64,000 nt of DNA, taken from contig MGVA01000028.1 in NCBI GenBank assembly GCA_001800245.1, positions 66,328-130,327 of the forward strand, in the 5' to 3' direction. Positions 10,201 to 22,200 of this stretch are shown here, in pieces; position 1 is the stretch's first letter; every line of letters begins with the position of its first letter. Made by a program: the position numbers and the translations under genes. The DNA is from Elusimicrobia bacterium RIFOXYA12_FULL_51_18. Lineage in GTDB: Bacteria; Elusimicrobiota; Elusimicrobia; Elusimicrobiales; UBA9959. Under the pieces are notes generated by a model, which had not been told where the DNA came from, did no database searches, and was given only the letters and a program-made list of their open reading frames with translations.

Positions 10201-13200
10201 GAATCCCATGAACTGGCAGGGCGGAGTCCTGCCCGCCTACGGAGATAACGTGGTCTTCGGCGGCACCGGCGCAAAGGATTGTTTGTGGAATCTTAACATA
10301 ACCGTGAACAGCCTGTATGTCTATCCGGAATACAACGGCCGTATCAGCCTGATAAATCCTCCGGGCATGAATATCAACAGGCTTGAGATAACGGACTATC
10401 TCTATATACGCGGCGGCACTTTTGACATAGCGGGCAATATCCTGGCCGCTTCTTCAATAACCGTTTCCGGCGGCGTCCTTGACCTGGGCGCCGGGCTGGG
10501 CGACTTGCAGGTAGGCCCGGGCGGCTTGAACGTTACCGGCACGGGAACGCTCGCCTTTACCGGTAATACATCCGCATCTATTGATCCGATGGCGGAGGGA
10601 TATTACCCGATATCTATATTCGGCGGCACCGTGACAGTGAACGGCGCCGGCCTTCTTAATATACGTGGTTCCAACGGCATCGCAATATCCAACTCTCCGG
10701 CGCTTACGTTCAACAATGTCAGGATAATGAATCTGGCGTCCGGCGCCACCGCTCTCAGCATTACCGCGGCTTCGGGCGATTACACATTCGATAATTGGGG
10801 TTTTGATGCGTCGGTCACCAATAATGTTGGCCTGACCGGTTCCGCCATGATTTATATGAACAACGCTTCCGGAGCTCAGATGGGGACCCCGCATGAACTT
10901 TCGGACCCGGATAACAGGATAATCTGGAATCCGGACGGCGGCGGGACCGGCAGTATCGGAGGCAACCTTAGTTATTCCGGAAATAAGACCGGAAACTATA
11001 TAGTTTTTGTTACCACGAATATGACCAGTTCCAGCTTTGCCGCCATTAGCACTTCCGCGTCAACCGGCTATTCGTTCGGAAGTCTGAAAGCTCCCGCCAC
11101 TTACTATCTGTGGGCCACCAGGGACTCAAATTCTGACTATGATTATACGGCTTCCATCATGGAACCAATCGGCTGGCTGAATGCGCCGGTGTATTTATCC
11201 ACTGGTGCGGCTCTTACGCGAAACATGACGCTTTTGGATACGGGGAAGATCACAGGAACTATAGACAAGAGCGCCACTAACCAGGCCGGCATGACCATAG
11301 TGGAATTGCATACTCAGCCGCTTTCCGCCACTTCGTTGTTCGATTGGCAGGTCCTGGACCAATGGGAGTATCAATATCTGGTCGCCGCTCCGTCCGCCAC
11401 CTATACCGTGCTGGCTTATATAGACGTCAACCAGAATGAACGCTTCGATCCGGCTTTTGAAAGCTCCGGTACCGCGACCGATGTGCTTATTTCAACAGGC
11501 GGGACGGTTACGAATAATATAGCCCTTAATTCCGGTTCCGTGGAGGCCGGTGGAATTGTGGGAATTTCCACCACCGCTTTCTTTGCCGGAAGTTTTATAG
11601 GCAAGACAAATTCCGCGGCTGTGATGAAGTTAGGCCTTGTTTCAAACGGCGGAGAGGCCACGGTTGGAAGTCTGAGGTTCAGCTCCATTGGAACGGCCGA
11701 AGCCGGCAAGTTCAGTCTTTCCGTTTACAAGGATGACGGCAACGGACTGTTCGATAATGATCCTTCCATACCGAATTCAACGTACAATGATATGTTGCTG
11801 GGAAACGGCTATTTCGGAGGAGTTTCTTCACAGGCCGCTATCTCATTCACGAACGAAGTCGGACTGCTCAGCAGCGGCGCTACGCAGTATTTCTTTGTTA
11901 TGCTGACGGCCACCAACCCGGTTTCAGGCTCCACCATAGGGGCCGTGCTGCTTTCTTCGGACAGCGTGGGCTTGTTGAAGGGGACTATGGCCGGTCAAGC
12001 CATATACCCGGTTTCCACGCCTCTCAGGACCGTCAGTGATTCCATAGATGTCTGGTCAACCCTTTATACGGGTGTTGACGTATATTCCGGTCAGACCATA
12101 AATATTTCCGCTTCCGGCCAGTGGCAGGTTAATGGCGTTTATGTTTATGCCACCGGCTCCGGCAGCAATATGTACAACGGCGTGTATCCGAACGCTCCCG
12201 TGGGAGCCCTGATCGCCCAGGTCGGTTATAACTCGCCTTGGTTCTATGTAGGCACTTCCACAAGTTTCGTTTATTCCGGCATGACAGGGCCTCTTATGCT
12301 GCATATGAACACCAATTATGACTTCGGTACCATGATGTGGAATTATCCCAACGGGGTGAGCGGCCAGCTTTACGTGAATTATTCGGTGGAGGGTGACACG
12401 CACGCCGTGATTTCCGGCTTAGTCACCTACGCCGGAGGCACAAACGGCACCATTATTGTAAATGCCGGCAGCCGCAGGCCCGATCTTAGCAGGTATGAGT
12501 GCCGGGTCATGACTCCCTCGGAAAGCTGTATGGTCGACGTTATCGTCGGGACCCATACTATACCCAGTCCGCTTGCCGGCGGTACCAGTTATTACACTAT
12601 GGGCGGCATTGAGATACCACAGGGAGATTCCGACAACGTAATTATTTCCGCTTACATTCAGGAAGATCCTTCCCAACGCGGGATCGCTCCCACGCAAGTC
12701 GGGATACGGATAGGCCAGGCTGCGACAGGCGGGGATGTTACGGTCTATTCCGGCGCGGGCACGCTGAACGGTAACATCAGCTATTCAGGCGCTCAGCAGT
12801 TCGGGAATACCGTGGTGGCTTTGTTCACCAACCTGGAAGGCGGGAACCCCGTAGTTTCCACTACGCTGGCGGAAGGAGTTTCGGCTTTCAGTATAGCTGA
12901 TATACCCGGGCCGGCCCTTTATTATGTGGTCGCTTTCAGGGACTTGGATTATGACAATAAACCCAGCGGTCCCGAACCGTTCGGATATTACGGGTCAACC
13001 GGTCCTATTTCTCTGATGAGTTCCAACGCAGTCCAGTTGAATGTGGCTTCAAACGTCGTTACAAATGTGCCGGCCACGATTAACCTGCTGGATATGGGAC
13101 AGATCAACGGACGCATCGACCTTGGCAGCCTTCAATTCGGAATAAGGGTTTTGGTGCAGGCCGGTCACGGCATTCCCGGAAGTTCGTTCGTGAAAGAGAA

Positions 13201-16200
13201 CCAGTCGGAGTACTTCGCCCAGCCTTGCTGGTGGTACGGCTGTATTAACGAGGTCTATTACAATGTCGGAACTTTGTCTCCGGCCGAGGATTACACGGTC
13301 GTCGCTTTCCTGGATAAAAACGGAAACAATCAGTGGGATTGCGACGCGGAAAATTGTGAAAGATTCGCTTCCAGCCGCAATAATATATCTGTGACCGCTA
13401 ACGGCATGGCCCAGGCGGATATAGCGCTGACCGCCGCTCCGGTTCCCGATACGCCGCAATCGTTCAGCGGCACGGTCCTGAGCACGGACGTTATACTTTG
13501 GGCGTGGAACGATGTGCCGACCGAGACCAGTTACTATCTGACCACTTCCACAGGCGGTATATTGCATGTCCTGGATGCGAACACCACCCAATACAGCGAA
13601 ACAGTGGCCGGCGGGGCTAATACTATAAGTTCCGTGCGCGCCGTCAGGGCGCATAACTATGCCGGAGACAGCCCGCTTTCATCCATGATCGCGCTTTATA
13701 CGAAAGCCGCCGCTCCCGAGCTTGTTGTCAACGGAGTTAGCGCCTCTGAAGTGAATCTTGGCGTTTCCAGCGCTACTAACCGTTTCGTTTTGCAAAGAAG
13801 CACCGCTATTGCCGGTGGCTATATCGTCGTTTACAGCACTTATACGGGGACTTCTGTCACTTCACGCGTTGACGCGGGATTGACCCCCGGCACCACCTAT
13901 TACTACAGGGCCTTGAACTTCAACGCCCAGAGCGTGGCAAGCGCTTATTCCGCGGTTGCGATCGCGACCACCACCGCTCCCACCGGTTATTTTATAAGGG
14001 GCACGGTCAATTATCCCGGCCTTATGACGGGCAATATAACCCTGCTGGCGTCCACGCAGGAGTTCCTGTCCAATCCCATCACGGTGGCCTTATCCGGCAA
14101 TACCACGCAGGCCTATTATCTGACCGGGCTAGCCAGCAATACGTCTTATTACATACGGGCGTTCGTGGATTATAACGCCGACAACGCCAGACAGATATAC
14201 GAAGACGCCAGCGCTATTGCCGGCCCCATTTACCTTGCAGCCTCCGGTCTTTCCGGCCAGGACATAAACATTGTACGCAGCACCGCTATTCCGGCTTCTC
14301 CATCCGGACTGGTCGCTACGCCCGGCTTCCAGCGGGTGAGTCTGCAGTGGATAGCTTCCGCCGCCTCCAATCTGATCGGTTATGAGGTTTTTAGGAGCAC
14401 AAATGCGTCCTTCTCTTCGGCGGTAACAAGGGTTTCCGGAGATAGTTTTGTCACCGGCGCCTCTTTCACGGACTTTAACCCCCTGGCGGGAGTTCCGTTG
14501 TACTACAGGGTCAAGGCCGCGGATTGGGGGCGGAACCGCAGTTTGCCCGCCGCGCTTTCCTCTCCGGTCAATGTGTCCGCCGGCGGCAGTATAACCGGCA
14601 CGGTCTATGCCGTGGATACCTCCACGCAGGGGCTTTATCATGTGCGCGTTTCAACCACGCCGGACGCCAATGTGCCCAGCCTTATGGATATTATGGTTTC
14701 CACCGCGCCCGCTACGTATACCGTTTCGGGTCTGCCGGACGGTTCCTATTACGTTCGCGGATATCGCGACTTTAACAATGATTTTAAACAGGACCGCAGG
14801 CAGGAGCCTTCCGGCACTCATGGGGGCATAGCCAGGCCTTTTGATATTTATATGACCCAGGGCAATAGTCTTACCGGCATAGATGTTAAGGTCTGCAACA
14901 GGTTGCCGCTGGCGGTGGGGGTTTCCACAAGAGTTACGATTTCAGCCACCGGCTGCGAGGCCCTGGACCGGGGTCCCGGTTATTATACCAGGGTCTACAC
15001 GCTGGAGGCCGGTTACGGCGCGGGCAAGGTGCCTACAGGCTCGCAGATCACCGTGTACGCGAACAAGACCGATCCGTTGGACGGCATAAACGACGCTTAT
15101 CTGTATCTGGTGGGTCCTACCGGAGATGTCGTAGCAAGGGATGACGATAGCGGCGGGGATATGAACTCCAGGATACAATATACCCTGGACACTCCCGGAG
15201 TTTATCTTATAGAACCCACTTCCTACGCTTCCGGCCTGTCCGGAGCCCTGAACGTGGGCTTTGATGTGACAGGCGGATTCGCCGGCAGGATCTCCGGCAC
15301 GCTCAGTTACTCCGGTTCTATGACCGGGCCTTCGGTCGTGCAGATTTACGAAACTCTGACGGCTAATTCATGGCCGGTAATGATGTCCTCCACCTCGGTT
15401 TCGGATTTTGAGATCATAGGGCTCAGGGACGGGAATTTCTATCTCAAGGCGTTCAAGGACGTCAACGGTAACGGGGTCCAGGACTCCTTCGAACCGTACG
15501 GCGTTTACGGCGGCACTACGGCCGTTCAGTTTTCTGTAAGCGGCGGCGTGACAAGCGCGTCGCTTGCCATAACGCTGGCGGAGCCTGCGGTCGGTTCGGT
15601 GTCCGGAAATCTATTTTATAACGGCGGGCGGACCGGTAATATCAGAATAGAGGCGGCAAGGCAGCGCGGCAGCGACCAGTACGATCTGGAAGTGGTGAAA
15701 TTCTCCACTGTGACGCGCGGAAATGAAACCGTGGATCAGGCATATATTCTTGACCTGCTGGCGCCCGCTACCGATTACACTATCAGGGCTTTCGTTGACG
15801 AGAACAGCAATAACCAGAAAGATGTGATGGAGCCGTTCATTTCCGCGCGTTCTATCACAGTTACCGCCAGCACCCAAACTACCGGGGTTAACCTGAACAT
15901 CGTAAATCCGGGCAGTGGAGGAGTCGGCAACTCTATCCTGAGCGGCGCGATCACCTACACTCCGATTCCTGGCCAGAACTATATTTCAACCGGCAATATC
16001 TGGGTAGGCTGGGCAAGCGACCAGAGCTTTGAGAACATCTTGTATTCGCAGGTGGTTTCAACGTTTACCCAATATGCTTCCTCCACCGCGTGGACCTATT
16101 CCAAGAGCGATGTAATGGGCGGGGCCACCTATTATATGGCTTCGTTCCTGGATCTCAACGGCAACGGTCAGCCGGATGATAGGAACGGCGAACCGATGGC

Positions 16201-19200
16201 TATGTATTCGATCGATGGGGAGATGGCTCCTGTATCTGTGCCTACCTCATCGACCGTGGTCAGGAATCTAGCTCTTACCCCTCCTTCAACCGGCTATCTC
16301 AGCGGTGTTGTGCATTATTACGGCGCTATGACGGGGTCCGCTAAAGTCAGCGCGTGGAACCAATCCTGCGAGAACACTTCCGAACAGAAGGATTGTTCCG
16401 CTGAAAACTACTTCGCTATTATCAACGGAGTTACGGATTACCCTTTCACGCTGCGTTTCCTGAATCCGACCACAAGCTACCAGTTGTCGTCCGTTATCGA
16501 TCTGAACGGTAATCAGATGACGGATCCGGGCGAGCCGAACGCTTATCTTCCCGGCTACATTGTGAGCGGTTCCACTACCGCAGCGCTCACTATCATGGAT
16601 CCGGGCCAGATGGCCGGCGGGAATATAGGCGAGATCCGCGGCATCGTCACTTACGGCGGACATCAGGGCGGGGATAAGATAGTAAGGCTGTTCCGCGGCG
16701 GTTTCTACGGGGCTCCGGTTCAGACCATGAATATAAACGCCGGCTGCCTCGGCAATTCCTGCAGCTTCGCTATCAGCGGCTTGTCTTACGCCGCCGATTA
16801 CTATGTGGACGCTTTTGTGGACTCCAGCTTCAACGGGATGTTTGAGCCGGCTTTTGAGCCGCACGGCGGCATAACATCGGCTATAAGTGTATCCCAGGCC
16901 GTGCCGCAGTCGCGCAATAATTACATGACCCTGGAAGATCCGGGAACGGGCGCCGATATTCCGACCGGCAGCAATCTGCTTTCCGGAATGGTTAGCGTAC
17001 AGGGCGGCACTCCGTCCGGCACCGTGCGCGTACAGCTGTTCAGGTTCGTAAGCACGGTAAGCGTGATGGAAGTACCTATAAGGGTGGCAACCTACCCGTA
17101 TGTATCCTCCGCGAATCAAACCCCGATAAGTTATTCGTTCGATAATCTGCCCAGCGACGGCGGCGCCAGGTATATCGCGCAGGCTTATGTGGATTCCAAC
17201 TCCAACTTCACTCCGGACAGGAACGAGGCCTGGGGGCAGACCAAAGCCCTGAACCAGGGAATTTCAACCTCGGATCCGGCGGAGCAGAAGAACTTCTCCG
17301 TCTGCGCCAGGACTTCCATTGACCAGGGACAGAACCTGAACGGATCGCTGGAAACTTCCGATTGCGTGAGCTCGGACAGGGGCCAGGCGTCGGCTTTCGT
17401 GGACTACTATTCCTTCGGCGGCCGCGCCGGAGACATAGTCACGCTGGAAATGACAGGGACCGGGTTCTCGGACACCTATCTTTATCTGTACGGCCCGTCC
17501 ATGCGTAGTACCGAGGCTTTTACCAGTTATAATCTGGCCGCTTTTGATGACGATGGCGGCGGTAATTACAATTCCAAGATAAACGGCTATACGCTTACCG
17601 CCGACGGCATATATACTATAGGCGCCGCTTCGTACGGCAATAACATAACCGGCGCTTATACTTTGTCTATGCGCGTTTCCGGCGGGACCAACGGTTCGAT
17701 AGCCGGAACCGTCCGTTACAACGGCACACAGGGCGGCAATATCAACGTGGGCCTGTTCAACTCTAATCCCATGGAAGCGCAGAACGTGAACTCTATCATG
17801 GGTGCATCCATGCAGGTTCCGGGTGCGTTCCTGTTCGGCGATCTGCCCAGCGGAACCAGTTATTACATAGCCGGTTTCGTGGATGTCAATGGGAACAACT
17901 CCCCCGATCAGGGAGAGGACTTCGGGATGTATCCCAATATTATCACGCTCAGAGCCGGCCAGAACGTCACCGGGACGCTGCTGGAAATAAATCATAGCAC
18001 CGACGTGGTCTTCGTGGGCGGGGCCGGCCAGGGAACCATTTCCGGCGCCATAAGTTATACCGGTATCTCCACCGCGACATCTCTGGTCATAGAGATGTGG
18101 AATACCGCCACGTTCAGGGGCACTCCCATCGGTATACGGACCATGCAGCTCACCGGCGAATGGCCGGTAAATTATGATCTTCAGGTGCCCGGAGACCAGA
18201 CCTATTATCTTAAGGCGTTCCTTGACGCCAATAATAACAGGATGCCCGAACCCAGCGAAGCTAAAGGCGCTTATACTCCTAACAATGAGGGGCCTGAACC
18301 TATCTATGTCGGTTCGGCGGCTTATATCACGGATCGTAACTTCACGCTGTATGACCCCGGTCAGACATTAGCGGGCGGCGCCCAGGGCGTGTCCGGAGAA
18401 GGCTGGGCCTCGGTTCTTCCTTCGTTGGTTGCGGCCGGCAGCCAGTTCACGTCCACTGTGACCGTGCGCGTAACCGGTCTTGGTGAAGGCGGGGTAGTCA
18501 TGGTCGGTATGCCCAACAATCTTTATAGTTCCCTGCAGACGGGCTGCTCCGGGTGTCCCGGATATGTTCAGGTCAGTTCGGACGGGACGCATTATAGCGC
18601 GGCGCAGCTTATCTCAAATAACGCGCAATATCGTGTGCCGATGGGCCAGAGCCTGGCGGCCGGCGCTTCCGTATACTTTGCGATAAATAATCTGTACGCG
18701 CCGTGCCAGGGAGGCATGACCGGCCAGCAGTCCGATAACAGGCTTGTGTTCCACGTAGGCACTTCCAGCAACGCTTTCACAGGGCCCCAGCCGCTAGTCA
18801 GCGGCGAGCCTACGGCCGTGCTGGGGGCGGGCGCTCCCCAGAATCTGAGTTTCCGTCTGGCCGATAATATGAACGGCGCCAATATGGCCGTTCCCAACGG
18901 CGAGGTTACCCCCATGCTGGCCGAAGCGAGGGATAATTGTTGGAATCTCGCTCCGATGTCCTCGGTTTATATCGCGACCGTAAGCGCCTATTTTTACAAC
19001 ATGGCCACCTACGGTTATGATAACGACGCGACGGTCAAATTCTCGACATGGAATGCCGAAGCGGATTCTGTTACAGCTACGAGCGCGACCGTGCGTTTTG
19101 AGGCTGACAGTTCCACCGGGGTCTTCTATGTTAAGCCGACGGCCCAGGGCTATAGGAACATAGGTCTGTCGTACGATCTCGCTTGGTCCAACACGTTCTA

Positions 19201-22200
19201 TATGGGCGTGCAGGTTATGGCCGGAGGGGGTATCAGCGGCGCGAACGTTTCCACCGGCGCCTATAACAACCTGTCGGCCAGTTCCATGACCGTGACCATA
19301 ACCCCCAACGGCGACGGAAATGCGGACAGGGCGTATGTCAACTTTATCATGGGCGACGCGAATATGGGCTGGCATGTGCTGGTTTCCTCCAGGCCTTTCA
19401 GAACGGGCGTGTCCCCGACTCCGGTCTGGGAGACCTGGGGCTGGGGCCAGCCGAATCCGGGCCAGATATTCTGGGAAGGCAGATATAATCCGTGGATGAA
19501 CTTCGGCGGCGTGGTTCCGACAGGGGCCTACTTCGTCAGAATAGAGGCCGGCAGTCTTAGGAACGATACCCTCAGGATAAATGTAGTGGTTCCCCAGGTT
19601 TCAGGCCAGGTCACCGACGCCGGAACCAGTCCTCAGAGGCCGCTTGAAGGTGTGATGGTGAATACGTTCGGCGCTTTCGGCTGGGGCCAGGCCACCACCG
19701 ATTCCAACGGTAATTTCTCCATCCCCGGTCTCGCGGCAGGCCAGTATAACTTCCAGTTCAGCAAGGAAGAGTACGGCATGGTGAGCTCTCAAACGGTAGT
19801 CGGAGTAAACGGCGCCACGGTTAACGCCAGCATGCGGCGCGCGCCCGCGCTTGTGATTATTCCTTCGCTGGGCAACGGCACTACCCAGCAATATGACCAA
19901 TGGGGCTGGATAAACGTTCATACCTCGGATTGGAGCCGCGTCTATAACGGCAGCCTCAGAGTGCAGGCCGGTACCACCACTATCGACGACGGCGGAAGAT
20001 GGGACGCGTCCACGAACCAGTTCGTTACCCGCAGGAGGATAAGGTTCGATGTCGAAGCGGCGACGTATACGGTGGAGGCTGAGTTGACCGGTTACGGCCG
20101 GGTAAGTTCCACGGTTTATGTCGGTTCTTCAGGACTTGAATTGACTCTTCCTTCTTTCGTCCGCAAAGCCAATTTGTCCGGCCTTGTGAGACTGCCGGTC
20201 GGCGCGCCTAACACGACCGGCGTCTGGATCTCCGTCAACGCCCTGCCCGTGGTTCTTTCCAGTTCCATAGCGGGCGGCTGGGGCGGCATCTGGCTTAACC
20301 AGGGAGTGACTTCCGGTACTTACAATATATTCGGCGTTGACTCCGGGAGTTATACGATCCGCGCGCAGGTGCCCGGTTATTCCGGAAAAAGTATAGGCCC
20401 GGTGTTCGTTTCAACCAGCGATATAAATACGGGCCTTGATATCCCCGCCTTCGATGCCGGTTCGGTGATACGGGGAACCGTTACTGTAGTGGGGGATACC
20501 CACTTGTTCCAGAAGCCCGACTGGGCTAATAATTGGGAGCAGCCGGTCAAGGTTAGCGTAAACGTCTGGTCGCCGCAGACCTATACCAACGGCTGGACCG
20601 AGATCTACGTGGCTACAAGCGCGGGACAGGCCCAGAGTACCTTCACTATAACCGGCCTTGACGCAGGCACTACTTACCAGTTGTTCGCGAACATTGAATA
20701 TAACCGTGACGACGGCAATACGGAGTTCACCGTTCCCGGCGGCTTCCCTAAACAGGTCTATGTGGATACGACCAGTCTCTCCGGCAATAGTGAATTCTCG
20801 TTCGCGCTGGCTTCCGGGGCTATATTCGGAACCATTATTCTGCCTACGACGCCCGCGGTTGATTTTAGTTCGGTGTCTATGAGTATCAGGATCACGCAGT
20901 CCGATAACCCGTACAGCGTAGGGCAGAGCTTCTCCATACTTGATATAACGGCCCCGTGCGGCGGGCAGAATAGCAATTGTCTACCCGGGGTTACATTGTA
21001 TGCGTCCAGCGCGACCTTCAGCGTATCCGGCATGGAAACCCAAAGCATAGAGGTAACTTTCACTTACAGGCTGACGGGCATGAGCAGGACCGCTTTGGTC
21101 AACGTCATAAGCGGCTCCACCGCCACCGTAGTGGTGGATTTGAGGAACCAGACCTATGCCATAGCCGGTTCTATAACCAACCAGGTTTCCAACCCGCTGT
21201 TCAATACCATGGCTCTGGCTATAGCCTATTCCTCGTATACTACGCCTTCGGGTTATCCCTCCATCCCCGCCAATAGCATGCCTATAGAGGCTGTGCGCAG
21301 GGACCTGAGCGAATTCGGCGCGGCCATGACCTCCGCGGTCTTTGACCCCGCTAAGACACGCGTTGGGTTCATAACTCTGGCCGGCACCTATACTATAAGA
21401 GGCCTGCAGGAAGGCGTCTATGTGATAAGGACCCAGCCTCTGAAGACCTGCGCCACTTGTGAAATGCTTGTGGCCGCTCAGGAAAAGATAGTGACCATAA
21501 GAGGACTGGACTACACGAATAATAGCCGCGTTATCGTGGACGGATTGTCGGTAAGCACCGGCGCCGTAAACTTTACGCTGATAGACGGCTGGAACGTAAG
21601 CGGTCTGATCTCCATAGATAATAACGTGCAGGACGCAAGGACGCTGGCGCTGACGCTCCGGAACAGGCGCAACGAGGTGGTACGGTCCACCACGGCCGCC
21701 CTGGGCAACTCCGGAACCAATTCCCTGGCCAACTCGGTGGCGTATTCCTTCACCAGGCTGCCCGGCGGAGAGTTTTACACGCTGGAGGTCAGAGATACGA
21801 AAGATTCCACAGGGACCATAAAGTATGCGGCGGCGCCGCTCAGGTTCCCGGACATCGCTTCATCGCCCAATGGTATGCAGTCCGATCTGAGCAGTCAGAA
21901 TGTGACCCTTAAACAGGGCGCTATGGTTACGCTTAAATTGCGCGACGTCAATTCGGCCAGTCTGCTGACGCAAACCAATTACACGCTGCTGGCGGCTAAC
22001 TTCAGCTGCTTCGCGATGGCTAATCCGTGGGTGCAGGGCGGCTATTATCTGGCCGCCTCCAGTATCTCCAACAGGCCCATAGAAGCCGACGGCACGGTGC
22101 GTATCGGCCCCGTGATGCCGAACGTTTATTACGACGTCAAGTGCGAACAGTCCAACTGGGACGTGGGATATATGAGGCAGGGCGCGCAGAATTATTCCCC

